Part shown: positions 27,544-37,833 of the stretch, piece after piece
Layout: every line of letters begins with the position of its first letter
Position numbering within the stretch: position 1 is the first letter of the stretch
Assembly: GCA_041736305.1 (NCBI GenBank)
Contig: JBGSTX010000334.1
Coordinates: 1 to 64,000, forward strand
Direction of reading: 5' to 3'
From: Oligoflexus sp.
GTDB taxonomy: Bacteria; Bdellovibrionota_B; Oligoflexia; Oligoflexales; Oligoflexaceae
DNA length: 64,000 nucleotides
Translations under genes and position numbers: made by a program
The notes under the pieces: generated by a model
The model's input: the letters and a program-made list of their open reading frames with translations, nothing else
The model's database searches: none
Told to the model about the DNA's origin: nothing

Positions 27544-29754
27544 ATGAACGCAGAGAAATTGCGAAAACTAAACCATGTTGGACAGGATGACCGCTATTTC
27601 AATCGCGAGTTGAGTCTATTGGCCTTTAGTGAGCGGGTTCTAGAAGAAAGTTTGCGCGATCGTACCCCTCTGCTCGAGCGTCTGAGATTCCTCGCAATTT
27701 GCTACTCAAATTTAGATGAATTCTTCATGGTGCGAATGGCGGAAAAAAAGCGCGCTTCCCGCGATGGAGTGAAAAGCAGCGAAGATAGTGCAGACAGGCT
27801 CTCGACACAAGAAGCGCTGGCAGCCATTCATAGCAAGTCTCGTTCACTGCTCGAGGCGATATACGCGGCCTACCATACGCAAATTCTCCCTCGGCTGCGG
27901 GAGCACAGCATTCAAATAGAGAACTTCTCCCAGTTAAATGAATCGCAGCGGGCTGGACTTTCGCAGTACTACCGGCAATCAGTTTTGCCAGTTCTTACTC
28001 CCTTAGCAGTTGATCCGGCTCATCCTTTTCCCTTTCTAGCCAATCGACGCCTCTACCTACTGGTTATTTTTCGCAGCGATAAACGCGACCTCGAAAATCC
28101 ACCGATAGCCTTCGTTGAGGTTCCGAGCGTGCTGGCGAGAGTCATACCGGTTGCAGGTGCTGGTCACAGCTTTGTTTTACTCGAAGATCTGATCAAAGAG
28201 AACCTAGCCTCACTTTTCTTCGGTTTACCGATTTTGGCGGCATTTCCAATCAGGATCAGTCGAAATCTTGACATAAACTTGATGGAAAGTGAAGTCGTAG
28301 ACCTTATGAGCTCAGTACAGACTGAGGTTAATGCCCGGGAACAGGCCGAGGTCGTCCGCCTAGAAATTGGGTCCACCTTACCTCCTCAGCTCGCAAGTTA
28401 CCTGGAGCGTCGTTTTTTGCTAGGGGCCCCCGATATATATATTGCAAATGGGCCTCTGGCCATCGGCGACCTTTCTCAACAGCTCTACGATCTCCCGGGC
28501 GAGGGATGGCGTTTTGAGGCTTTTAATCCGCGTCTACCTTCTTGCATGAAAAGCGCCCGTTCGATTTTCAGTCTCATTCGTGAAGACGATCTTCTCTTGC
28601 ATCATCCCTACGAAAGTTTTTATGCGGTAATTGAACTGCTCCATGCCGCTGCTTGGGATCCTCAAGTTCTAGCGATTAAGCAGACTCTCTATCGAACGTC
28701 AGGCGACTCGCCGATTATAGATGCGCTCATCCAAGCTGCTGAGCAGGGCAAGCAGGTCACAGCTGTGGTCGAGCTCAAAGCTCGCTTCGATGAAACGAAT
28801 AATATTCTCTGGGCGCGACGCATGGAGAGGGCGGGCGTCCATGTAGTTTATGGGTTTATCGGCTTGAAAACTCACTGTAAGATGACCCTCATAGTGCGTC
28901 GGGAAGAGAAGCATCTGCAACGCTATGTCCACTTGTCCACAGGTAACTACAACTCAGCTACCGCAAGAAGCTACGTAGATCTTGGCTACATCACAGCCAG
29001 GAGCGAAATCGCCGATGATACGAGTCTACTTTTCAATCTTCTCACTGGTTTTAATATGAACAGTGGTGAAGAGAGCAGTCTTAAACCGCAGCTCTCGCCA
29101 ATGCGAAAATTTTTGGTTGCTCCCCTGTTTTTACGCGAATCTTTGGTACAACTCATCGATCGTGAAATCGAAGCACATCAGCGAGGTGGCCAAGGACAGA
29201 TCGTAGCGAAAATGAATTCCTTAGTTGATCCGGTTCTGATTGAAAAGCTCTACGAAGCTTCCCAAGCAGGTGTCTCGATTCAGCTTATCATCCGAGGAAT
29301 CTGCTGTTTAAGGCCTCAAATAGCCGGTATGAGTGAAAACATTGAGGTGATCTCCATAGTTGGACGTTTTCTCGAGCATTCTCGTATTTTTTACTTTCAC
29401 AACGGCGGTATGGAGGATATTTACCTCGGTTCGGCAGACTGGATGCAGAGGAATATGGACAAGCGCATTGAGGTAGTCTTTCCAGTCGAAGGTCAGCGCG
29501 CCAAAGAGCGCATACTTAACGAAATTCTTGTCAGTTACTGGCGTGATACTGAAAATTCTTGGCAACTTCAGGGTGATGGCACTTATCTTAAAAGAGAGGG
29601 GTCCGAGCCAGCCTGGGACTGCCAACAAAAGTTTATTGAAATTGCCCGTGAACAGGGTATCAAATCCCTTCCATACGACAAGGCCATCCGGCATAATCTC
29701 AAGCGACACGGTCGGCCTATTGTGAAGAAAAGCAACAAGACCAAGCGTCCTTAA
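27544..29754 (+). CDS. ppk1: Polyphosphate kinase 1
   Basis: YFNRELS.L.F..RVL, NLDEFFMVR, HHPYESF, IKQTLYR, ELKARFDE, K.H.K, GRFLEHSR, GSADWM.RN. Confidence 0.96.
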   Translation: MNAEKLRKLNHVGQDDRYFNRELSLLAFSERVLEESLRDRTPLLERLRFLAICYSNLDEFFMVRMAEKKRASRDGVKSSEDSADRLSTQEALAAIHSKSRSLLEAIYAAYHTQILPRLREHSIQIENFSQLNESQRAGLSQYYRQSVLPVLTPLAVDPAHPFPFLANRRLYLLVIFRSDKRDLENPPIAFVEVPSVLARVIPVAGAGHSFVLLEDLIKENLASLFFGLPILAAFPIRISRNLDINLMESEVVDLMSSVQTEVNAREQAEVVRLEIGSTLPPQLASYLERRFLLGAPDIYIANGPLAIGDLSQQLYDLPGEGWRFEAFNPRLPSCMKSARSIFSLIREDDLLLHHPYESFYAVIELLHAAAWDPQVLAIKQTLYRTSGDSPIIDALIQAAEQGKQVTAVVELKARFDETNNILWARRMERAGVHVVYGFIGLKTHCKMTLIVRREEKHLQRYVHLSTGNYNSATARSYVDLGYITARSEIADDTSLLFNLLTGFNMNSGEESSLKPQLSPMRKFLVAPLFLRESLVQLIDREIEAHQRGGQGQIVAKMNSLVDPVLIEKLYEASQAGVSIQLIIRGICCLRPQIAGMSENIEVISIVGRFLEHSRIFYFHNGGMEDIYLGSADWMQRNMDKRIEVVFPVEGQRAKERILNEILVSYWRDTENSWQLQGDGTYLKREGSEPAWDCQQKFIEIAREQGIKSLPYDKAIRHNLKRHGRPIVKKSNKTKRP

Positions 29755-29811
29755 CCGACAGGACATAAGTCCATTAATCGCACCAGCTTCCAACCTAAGT
29801 CCCCCCTCGCT

Positions 29812-31359
29812 GTGATCGATCTCGGGTCGAACACTTTTCATCTCGCCATTACCTCGCTCGATGACGCAGGACAGATTCATGTCATCGATAGCCAAAAGGA
29901 AAGCCTAAGGTTGGCTGAGGTTTTGGAAGACGGTGAGATCCCCGAAAAGTTTTTCAAAAAAGCCGCTGATGCATTGGTTGCTATGAAAAGTATCGGTCAG
30001 AGTTACAACGCCGAATTTCGACTTATTGCCACTCAGGCCATCCGAGTAGCTCGCAATAGAATCTCTTTTATTGATCACGTTCAGAAGTCGACAGGCTTGA
30101 AACTCGAAATTATAGATGGCGTCGAAGAAGCCAGGCTTTCTTTCCTCGGAGTCTGCCAAGGCCTAAGCTTTGGGCCCGACACCCTTCTTTCTCTTGATAT
30201 AGGTGGGGCTTCTACTGAAATCGCCGTAGGCCGCATGGGCGAATGCATCTATCTCTCGTCTTTAAAAATGGGCGCTCTTATCTTATCCAAACGCCATCTT
30301 TTTGATGGCATTGTTGGCCAGGAAAACTTAGATGAACTGCAGCAGTCCGTAGAGTCACGTCTGGCTCCTGTGCAGGAAGACCTTGCCTCGATTACGATTC
30401 AGCATGCGGCTGTGACTTCCGGTAGTGCTAAAGCCATAGCGCGCATGGTTCACTGGGATCGACATAAGACCGAATTGGACGATGCTCATGGTTTCCGCTT
30501 TACGGCTCTTGAGCTCTTTGCCATTGAGAGTGAGCTCTATCAGCAGATCGATCCCCAAAAGATCGCGGCCCGCTGGAAGCTCGAAGCCCGCCGGGCCGAT
30601 ATCATCCTTGCTGGCTGTTCTATACTCGCGACTGTGACCCGCTTGCTAAATATCGAGCAGTGGACAGTTTCGACTTCAGGTCTCCGCGAAGGCGTAGCCA
30701 TAGACACCTATGCACGGCGTCGCCTCTTGCCAATAAGTCGTTGGCTCGACTTGAGGTGGCACAGCGTCCAAAGCTTTGCTCATAAGCTGAGGCTCGATCC
30801 TCAATTTGCCCTCCACACTAGCGAACTAGCTCTGCGAATTTACGACGAACTACTGCTTTACAAAGAGTTTGCAGAATTGAGCTTGGATCCGGCCTACGAT
30901 CGGGAACTGCTCAAGGCCTCAGCTTATCTCCTTGAGTCTGGCAAATTTATCAGCTTTAGCGCTTATCATCGACACTCTTACTATTTGATTACAGAATCTA
31001 ATCTGCTTGGTTTTACGCAAGAGGAAAAGCATCTGATAGCGCTAGTCAATCGTTTTGCAAGAAAAAGCCCTGCCAGATCGAGCAAGTCGGAAGGCTTACC
31101 TTACTTAGAAAACAACATCGGACGAGTCAATTTACTCTCGTCTTGCCTCCGCATCGCCCGCTGCCTACTAAGAACTCGTCAACTCAAAGTGAAGGGTTTT
31201 CAGATCTCTGCACAAGCGAACGAAACTTATCTTCTTGAAGTTACAGCAGCCCCAAAAGTCCGCATGGATGCTGAGCGCCTGGCCTTAAAGAAAGAAATGA
31301 AAAACCTCGAAAAGGCCTTCGATAGGTCTTTTCAATACTCGATTCAGAGTTCCAACTGA
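29812..31359 (+). CDS. ppx: Ppx/GppA exopolyphosphatase (true start may be upstream; see findings)
   Basis: IDLGSNT, AT.A.R.A.N, G.EEARL, DIGGASTE, RADII.AG, GLREG, HD-like C-terminus (Y.RHSYYLI). Confidence 0.9.
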   Translation: MIDLGSNTFHLAITSLDDAGQIHVIDSQKESLRLAEVLEDGEIPEKFFKKAADALVAMKSIGQSYNAEFRLIATQAIRVARNRISFIDHVQKSTGLKLEIIDGVEEARLSFLGVCQGLSFGPDTLLSLDIGGASTEIAVGRMGECIYLSSLKMGALILSKRHLFDGIVGQENLDELQQSVESRLAPVQEDLASITIQHAAVTSGSAKAIARMVHWDRHKTELDDAHGFRFTALELFAIESELYQQIDPQKIAARWKLEARRADIILAGCSILATVTRLLNIEQWTVSTSGLREGVAIDTYARRRLLPISRWLDLRWHSVQSFAHKLRLDPQFALHTSELALRIYDELLLYKEFAELSLDPAYDRELLKASAYLLESGKFISFSAYHRHSYYLITESNLLGFTQEEKHLIALVNRFARKSPARSSKSEGLPYLENNIGRVNLLSSCLRIARCLLRTRQLKVKGFQISAQANETYLLEVTAAPKVRMDAERLALKKEMKNLEKAFDRSFQYSIQSSN

Positions 31360-32390
31360 TGAACGATCGAAGCTCCCCTTATCAAAGCTATCGCCATTCA
31401 ATGAGCACCGCGATCGACCCAGGCGCTATTACGCGCTGGCGTCTCTTCCTCATCAAAGGTGACAGCGATTATCTGCTTGGAGCGACGCGGCGCATTCTTA
31501 AGGAAGTATATGAAAAGGCTGGCTGGAAATTAGAGCGGTCTGAAGGCTCAAGCTTCACTGCAGAGCGCTTCTACCAGGCCATTTCCGCTAGGTCTTTATT
31601 CGATCCAAAGACTATCACCCTTCTTAATGACGCTCAGAGCACGCAAGATCTTTTATCGTGCCTGCAGGCCATCAAAGATCCAAAAGACATCCAAAACCCC
31701 ATGTTTATCCTGTGGCGTGGTAAAGATCCAAGTCCAAAGCTGCTAAAAGAAATTGAACGCCTTGGAACTCTGCGCATTCCTTGCGACGAGCCAGCCCCTT
31801 GGGAATTTAAGGATTTTCTTGGTGACCTCAATCGTCGCTATAAACTTAGCTTGAGCACCGATGCTATCGACTTGGTTTTAGAGGCTGTCGGAAATGACCT
31901 ATTCAAGCTCGACAATGAAATGAGACGTCTGGCGCTAAGCCTGGGCGAGAGCTCAGGACCTCGCAACGCTGCAGCTCTAAGACCACACCTTGGATTCCTT
32001 CGGGAAGATCATGTTTTTAAAATCGATCAGTGGCTCTGCGTGGGAGCGACGAGCAAGGCCCTCCTCCTTATGAAGGACTTAACAGACCGAGGAGAGAAAC
32101 CTTTGGCACTGCTCGCAATCTTAGCCATGCACTGTCGCAAGGCCTTGCAGGTGCAGTCAGGTTTAAAGGCGGGCGCAAATGCTCAAGACCTAGCTCGTCA
32201 GATGCGTCTAGCTCCCCGGCTAGTGCAGACCTATATCCCTTATGTCCAGAAACGTAGCATGGAACAATTTCAACGGGCTCTGCAACTCTGCCATGAAGCA
32301 GATCGTCGTCTGAAGAGTCGACGGGAGGGCGAAGAACTTTGGCTGAGTCAGATTTTGTTCGAACTCAGGGCCCCATTAGCCGGTATTTGA
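31359..32390 (+). CDS. holA: DNA polymerase III delta subunit
   Basis: L..G...YL, SLF, A...L.E..GNDL..L.NE..RL, F.I, L.D.GE.PL.LL, L..AD..LKS. Confidence 0.8.
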   Translation: MNDRSSPYQSYRHSMSTAIDPGAITRWRLFLIKGDSDYLLGATRRILKEVYEKAGWKLERSEGSSFTAERFYQAISARSLFDPKTITLLNDAQSTQDLLSCLQAIKDPKDIQNPMFILWRGKDPSPKLLKEIERLGTLRIPCDEPAPWEFKDFLGDLNRRYKLSLSTDAIDLVLEAVGNDLFKLDNEMRRLALSLGESSGPRNAAALRPHLGFLREDHVFKIDQWLCVGATSKALLLMKDLTDRGEKPLALLAILAMHCRKALQVQSGLKAGANAQDLARQMRLAPRLVQTYIPYVQKRSMEQFQRALQLCHEADRRLKSRREGEELWLSQILFELRAPLAGI

Positions 32391-32402
32391 GGAGCTGCAC
32401 AC

Positions 32403-33218
32403 TCAGCTCTGCTCCAGTGGCGATGATTCTAGCGATTGCGTTGGAGCTAAATAGGCCGCCTTCGCAGGCGAAGCTGTTAGAATCTCAACACGCCCATCGC
32501 TTCTGATAGCAATCGTGTGCTCAAATTGGGCCGAGAGTGTGCCATCGATAGTTACCGCCGTCCAACCGTCTTTTTTTACCTTCGTTCGCCAATCACCCTC
32601 GTTGATCATAGGCTCGATGGTAAAGACCATTCCCGGCTCTAAGCGCAGACCACGACTGCGTTCACCGTAGTGGAATATCTGCGGATCTTCATGAAACTGC
32701 TTGCCGATACCGTGCCCAACAAAATCGCGGACCACAGAAAAACCATTGGCTTCTGCATGCTCCTGGATTGCGGCTCCGATATCCCCCACGCGGGCTCCGG
32801 GCTTGACCATAGCGATTCCTCGATCGAGGCACTCTTGGGTGACCTTGATGAGCCGCTTGGCTTTGTCGCTAATTTTTCCGACTGGAAAAGTACGCGACGC
32901 ATCTCCATGGTAGCCAGCTATGATCGGGGTAACATCGATATTTATGATATCGCCTTCTTTGAGGCGGGTCTTTACAGATGGAATACCGTGGCACACCACA
33001 TCGTTCACTGAGGTGCAGATCGCTTTGGGAAAACCCTTGTAGTTTAAAGGTGCTGAAATTCCACCTTCTTCCAGCGTCCAGCGATGAACTATATCATTGA
33101 GATCCTGAGTTGAAACCCCTGGCTTGATGTATTCACCAATACGATCGAGGAGGCTAGCGGCGAGGGTACCAGCTCTTTTCATAATGTCGATTTCAGCATC
33201 GCTCTTTAAGTAAATCAT
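32403..33218 (-). CDS. map: Methionine aminopeptidase type I
   Basis: FPK..CTSVN.VVCHGIP, DIINID, GD.SRT, GHGIG..FHE.P, FTIEPMIN, SAQFEHT. Confidence 0.96.
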   Translation of the reverse strand: MIYLKSDAEIDIMKRAGTLAASLLDRIGEYIKPGVSTQDLNDIVHRWTLEEGGISAPLNYKGFPKAICTSVNDVVCHGIPSVKTRLKEGDIINIDVTPIIAGYHGDASRTFPVGKISDKAKRLIKVTQECLDRGIAMVKPGARVGDIGAAIQEHAEANGFSVVRDFVGHGIGKQFHEDPQIFHYGERSRGLRLEPGMVFTIEPMINEGDWRTKVKKDGWTAVTIDGTLSAQFEHTIAIRSDGRVEILTASPAKAAYLAPTQSLESSPLEQS

Positions 33219-33267
33219 TCGAGTCCCTTTTTTGCCTACAGCAGCGGCCCCCAACCGCGGCGAGGCT

Positions 33268-34767
33268 TCAACGCTGCCGGGGAAGACCTGTAAGATCCGA
33301 AAACCAATCTGGATTCCGAAGACTAATCTCTTGCCGGGATGTTTTGCCTTTTCCGAGCTGGGCTTCCAAGCAGGTTCGGTGCTGCATCAAAATGGAGAAA
33401 GGCTCTAGCTTATACACCACATCATGGATCTTTTCCAAGAGCGTGAAATCTGGCTTTTGATGCGTCAAAGTAACTGAGTAGTGCTCCAGCGCCTTGTCGA
33501 GTTGCGGATCCTGATAGCGCCAAGGCCAGGGTGCATTTTTACTTGCCGAATGCAGGAAAAGGCTCGGATTGGAATCTGGCCAAGAGGAGACTATCGAAGT
33601 TAAGACCGCATCGACTGGATCTCGACTATTCTGTGTAAAAATTGTTTTTAAGCCTAAAGCTCGCAAACTATCATCTAAGACTTTGCGAAGCAAAGTTGAG
33701 CCTTCATAGTCATAAACAAGAATTTTCATTTCCATGAGCAGGCCGTCAGCTGTACGACGATAACCATCGTCTTCGGACCTTTTGAAGCCGATGCTATTGA
33801 GAAGCTTGTCGGCCAGCAGGGGGTCGTATGCGGGCACCTTCAATCTAGAGTTGTAACCGGGATGGATCCGAAGGATAGGACCTGAGATAAGATTACCTAA
33901 GGAACCGGCTCCCGAGCGTAACAGAGCGCCCCGCGGTAAGAGATGGGTCATCGACCTCCGAAAAACAGGATCCTTAGTCCAATGACCATTTGGATTCCAA
34001 GCCAAGAGGGTAATGAGCGGGGTGTCGAGGGGCTGCGCACAGACCAAAGCCTCGTCCAGCTGTCGCTTGTAGCTGCTCGGGTGAAGTTCTTCGCCAAATC
34101 GAAATGAAACGTATGGTGCTTCCGGTTTTTTTTGCCCGGGAGTAGCTGGTCCGTTCTGCCAAGCCAAACGTGGGGCTGCCTGCACGCTATCAATGAACAC
34201 TGACTTAATCTCAGGATCTGGGTGCAGCGTTCCAGCACACTGAAACGGCAGCTGCCCAGTAGCGAGCTTTTTCTTTAATGGCATCTCATTGAGGATATAG
34301 GGACCAAAGCTAGGGGTGCTTGTCCATTGGACGATAAGTTGCCCTTTTACCTGGATAAAATCCATCGAAGGCAGCTCCCAACGACCCATTCCGATTTTTT
34401 GCACAGCTTCGGGAAGCTCGTCTTTTAGAAAGGTTTCCAATTCGGTCAATGTAACTCTGCGCTCATCCCACCACTTAAGGTTCTCATTAGGTGTCAAGAT
34501 CCACCTATCACCCTTAACTTCAAGTTTTTGAAGTAAGTATGGTTCAGACTTAAGCTGGAGAAGATTGAGACGGGTCAGGGCTGGACAAAGCAGATTTCCC
34601 AAGAGAGGATCACCGCTGAGCAAGGCCTCAGGTAAACGCGAAGTATCTAAAGGCCAGCCGGCTACAGTGATTGGCTGAGCTTTGCTTGGCAGAGCCTTGC
34701 CTGGGGTGGCTTGGAGGGCCAGTCCCACGAAAAGGACTTTGGTCTTTCCCATCGCGTTGGTTAACAT
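33268..34767 (-). CDS. Divergent family-5 ABC substrate-binding-like protein
   Basis: Signal peptide; L..L...N....L, FRR...., YDP..A.KLL...G.....DG.R...G, Y.DPQLDK; no adjacent permease. Confidence 0.6.
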   Translation of the reverse strand: MLTNAMGKTKVLFVGLALQATPGKALPSKAQPITVAGWPLDTSRLPEALLSGDPLLGNLLCPALTRLNLLQLKSEPYLLQKLEVKGDRWILTPNENLKWWDERRVTLTELETFLKDELPEAVQKIGMGRWELPSMDFIQVKGQLIVQWTSTPSFGPYILNEMPLKKKLATGQLPFQCAGTLHPDPEIKSVFIDSVQAAPRLAWQNGPATPGQKKPEAPYVSFRFGEELHPSSYKRQLDEALVCAQPLDTPLITLLAWNPNGHWTKDPVFRRSMTHLLPRGALLRSGAGSLGNLISGPILRIHPGYNSRLKVPAYDPLLADKLLNSIGFKRSEDDGYRRTADGLLMEMKILVYDYEGSTLLRKVLDDSLRALGLKTIFTQNSRDPVDAVLTSIVSSWPDSNPSLFLHSASKNAPWPWRYQDPQLDKALEHYSVTLTHQKPDFTLLEKIHDVVYKLEPFSILMQHRTCLEAQLGKGKTSRQEISLRNPDWFSDLTGLPRQR

Positions 34768-34839
34768 GATCTGGCGCCTACACTCTTGTATGTCTTATTG
34801 GCATTACTAAAGAGAAATGGCTGCGATCCGGGAGTCCGC

Positions 34840-36018
34840 ATGCGCACTGAACAACATTACGATATTGCCATAATTGGTGATGGGATCACAGGGCTTTCTG
34901 CCGCCTTTCACCTACAAAGGCTTGGTGCATCAGGTATTTGCGTCTTGAGCTCAGCTCGAGTGCCTCCGGTCAGTTCCACGGCGGCCGGACTGATCAGCGG
35001 GGGTTTTATCGACAACATCACGCGCCTAGCTCATCGTCATGGAGTCGAAGCGGCTGCTTCCATTTGGGATTGGACGGAAACAGCATTCGATCGTCTGCTT
35101 AGTTTTGCGGAAGAGCAAAACATCGCTACCCACCAGGGTGCTAGACTTCGCTGGCTCGTTAGTGCCGACGAAGAGCATGAAGCCGAACAAGCGGTTGGTA
35201 TACGAGAGCAACTTGGCCTTGACGCCGAACTCATATCTGCCATTGAAGTCGCACCGAGAGGTCTAGGTTCGGCTCTTGTACCTCACTCTTTGCAGTTGGA
35301 TGGCACCCGAGCAGCATTTATCGATCCTAGCGAACTGCTCGCCTGCCTGCGTAAAAAGGCCGAAAATCTCATTCACTACCCAGAAGCTCTGCGGCTCGAA
35401 GCGAATGGTGATGGAGTTAGAATTGAAACGGAAGGGGGCAGCATTTTCGCGGAAGCTGCCATACTAGCGAATCACCTCAGTATTTCGAGGCTAGTGCCTG
35501 CTCTTAGTGAGGCCTTGGTGCCCTATGCTGATCAGTGGCACGAATGGTCTTTGAGCCGGCAAAATTCCGCTCATCTACCCTTGCCTCTTGGCTCAGTATT
35601 CAGTTGGCGTCATGGACACTATTGGGGTGGAGTTTTGCCTGAGCAGACGATTCGCCTCGGAGGGGCTCGTTTTCTCCGCCCGCTAGCTGGATTTGAAGCT
35701 ACTGAGGCGCCGATTCGCAAAGATATCCAGCAGCATCTTAAAAAGGCATGGGAAGAGCTCTATCCCGAGTTCAAACTGGGTGAACTGAAACGATCAGCCG
35801 CCGGCCTTGATTGCTGGCCTTCCGATGAATTGCCTCTGGTTGGCCCCATGTTTGGAGAACCTCGACTCCTCTTGGCTACGGGCTTTATGGGCCAAGGCCT
35901 ATCTATGGGATTTTATGCGGGATGCTGCCTTGCAGAACTCGTCCAAGGGCTAAGGCCCCCATTGCCGCGACTATTGTGGCCCGAAAGACTTCGAAATCTT
36001 CCTCTGGAAAGTTTATAA
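34840..36018 (+). CDS. FAD-dependent oxidoreductase (DAO family)
   Basis: DIAIIGDGITGLSAA, S..AAG, D.LPLVG, ATGF.G.G; GGAG RBS at 34831. Confidence 0.88.
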   Translation: MRTEQHYDIAIIGDGITGLSAAFHLQRLGASGICVLSSARVPPVSSTAAGLISGGFIDNITRLAHRHGVEAAASIWDWTETAFDRLLSFAEEQNIATHQGARLRWLVSADEEHEAEQAVGIREQLGLDAELISAIEVAPRGLGSALVPHSLQLDGTRAAFIDPSELLACLRKKAENLIHYPEALRLEANGDGVRIETEGGSIFAEAAILANHLSISRLVPALSEALVPYADQWHEWSLSRQNSAHLPLPLGSVFSWRHGHYWGGVLPEQTIRLGGARFLRPLAGFEATEAPIRKDIQQHLKKAWEELYPEFKLGELKRSAAGLDCWPSDELPLVGPMFGEPRLLLATGFMGQGLSMGFYAGCCLAELVQGLRPPLPRLLWPERLRNLPLESL

Positions 36019-36023
36019 AAGCT

Positions 36024-36245
36024 ATGAGCACGACCCGAATCGTCCGCTGTCCTCAGTGTGGGAAATCGTCGCGTTACGATATCAATAATCCAGACAGACC
36101 ATTCTGCAGTGCTCGCTGCAAGACGAGCGACATTGCAAGGTGGGCAGAGGAATCCTACCGAATCCCGGTGCAGGAAGAGGATCCTAATGAAGATGATACG
36201 CTAGAGGCATTGCGGCGAGCTGAAGAAGACAAAGAAAGTTTCTGA
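36024..36245 (+). CDS. yacG: DNA gyrase inhibitor YacG
   Basis: V.CPQCGK.......RPFCSARCK..D...WA.E.YRIP. Confidence 0.92.
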   Translation: MSTTRIVRCPQCGKSSRYDINNPDRPFCSARCKTSDIARWAEESYRIPVQEEDPNEDDTLEALRRAEEDKESF

Positions 36246-36539
36246 TCAGGGCTGACCGAGAACGTCTATATAAAGCTCGATTTCATCTGAATAGACTACC
36301 TTCGGGGCTCGCAGACGAATTTCGATTTCCGCGCACTTATCACGCAAGTCCTCGAGGATCATTTTTTTATATTCATTTCTTTCTTCATGGGGAAAGACTC
36401 CCTTGGAGAGCAACGTAGCCACTACAGCGTCAATTTCTTTAATCTGACGCTTCAGAACATCACGTCTGATAAGGCGGAGATCATTGATACTCGTTAGAGT
36501 TAGTTCATCAAGAGGACACTCGAAAACAACTTCAGCCAT
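36246..36539 (-). CDS. Hypothetical protein
   Basis: 97-aa ORF with a GGAG RBS. Confidence 0.65.
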   Translation of the reverse strand: MAEVVFECPLDELTLTSINDLRLIRRDVLKRQIKEIDAVVATLLSKGVFPHEERNEYKKMILEDLRDKCAEIEIRLRAPKVVYSDEIELYIDVLGQP

Positions 36540-36623
36540 TTTAAAACTCCGGAGGAAAACCCTCTTGATGAGGGGTTCTTTCCAGAATGCAATGATTACG
36601 CCAAAATTACCGAATTGTCTGAA

Positions 36624-36845
36624 CTAGCCAAGTACGACATCGCGAATTTCAGGAATGCGTTCTTTTAAGATCGGAACTATGCCATTAAATAGAGTAATTT
36701 GTGACGAAGGGCAACCCGAGCAACCTCCGAAGAGTCGAAGCGTAACTATGCCATCATCGACATCCAAAAGTTCGCAGCCACCAGCGTGAAGCTCAAGCTG
36801 AGGATTGATATCTTTTTCAATGATTTCTTTGATTTGATCTATCAT
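36624..36845 (-). CDS. NifU/Nfu C-terminal domain Fe-S carrier
   Basis: INP.L..H.GG.EL.DV...V.L...GGCSGCPSS..TL..GI...L....PEI. Confidence 0.9.
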   Translation of the reverse strand: MIDQIKEIIEKDINPQLELHAGGCELLDVDDGIVTLRLFGGCSGCPSSQITLFNGIVPILKERIPEIRDVVLG

Positions 36846-36909
36846 GAGTCTTCTCCTGGACAGGCCAACGGTGGTTGTCTGTCCCTTCTAAATCGGATTT
36901 TTTTCACGT

Positions 36910-37833
36910 TTAGCCAAGTACTTTTTGCAGACCAAGGATAGCTGCCTGACCCATAGCCATTATAGCCTCTTGGCTATTGCCAGCGGTATGGGGCGTAAGA
37001 ACCACATTCTCAAGTGAGAACAAAGCCTTATCCCGCAAAGGTTCGTTTTCAAAAACATCGAGACCCGCACCTGCAACATGCCCATTTCGCAGGTAAGATT
37101 TGAGTGCTTCTTGATCTATTACAGATCCTCGACTGGTGTTAAAAATATAGACACCTGGGCGAGTTTTTTCGAAATTACTGAAATTTAACATATGATACGT
37201 TAGAGGGGTAAGAGGCACATGAAAGCTGAGAACCTCTGCCCAAGAAAGCAAAGCAGTAAAATCTAATCTTGTGATACCTCGCCCTAGAGCCCAAGTTTCC
37301 TGCGGAACTATATCACAGTAGGCAAGCGAGCAGTTGAAAGCCTTTAAAAGTTCGGCCAGATGCTTTCCAATATGGCCGAGACCAATAATGCCGACCTTAC
37401 GCCCGCTGAGACTGCATCCGCCGTTTTTTCGCCATTCACCTTGAGCAAGATAGCGCGAACTAATTCCAATTCTTCGACAAACAGCAAGCATGAGGCCGAG
37501 CGTATGCTCGGCTACAGCCTCACGGTTTACACCTGCTTCCCAGGCAAGCTTAATATTGCGCTTAGCACAGGCCTGGAGATCGACGTTATCAAGTCCAACC
37601 CCATATTTTGCGATAACCTTAGGCACAGAACTCAGGCGTGAAAGGACAGCTTCAGAGACTTCTTCCCGACCCACCAGCCAACCAGTAGCTCCTTCCAAAG
37701 CTGCTGCTAGCAATTCGGGAGTTTGAAGCGTTTCACCAGGAACGTAGCGTATTTGATCAGGCTTAAAACAAACTTCCAAGGCGCGGCATAAGGGCGAATG
37801 CTTGATGAAGCTGCTCGCCGTAACGATAATCAG
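36910..37833 (-). CDS. D-2-hydroxyacid dehydrogenase (PGDH-like); start probably upstream of the annotated TTG at 37779
   Basis: KYGVGLDNVD, N..AVAE, GIIGLGHIG, HVPLT, NTSRG, GLDVF..EP, TPHTAG; the frame is open upstream through LIIVTASSF. Confidence 0.85.
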   Translation of the reverse strand: MIIVTASSFIKHSPLCRALEVCFKPDQIRYVPGETLQTPELLAAALEGATGWLVGREEVSEAVLSRLSSVPKVIAKYGVGLDNVDLQACAKRNIKLAWEAGVNREAVAEHTLGLMLAVCRRIGISSRYLAQGEWRKNGGCSLSGRKVGIIGLGHIGKHLAELLKAFNCSLAYCDIVPQETWALGRGITRLDFTALLSWAEVLSFHVPLTPLTYHMLNFSNFEKTRPGVYIFNTSRGSVIDQEALKSYLRNGHVAGAGLDVFENEPLRDKALFSLENVVLTPHTAGNSQEAIMAMGQAAILGLQKVLG

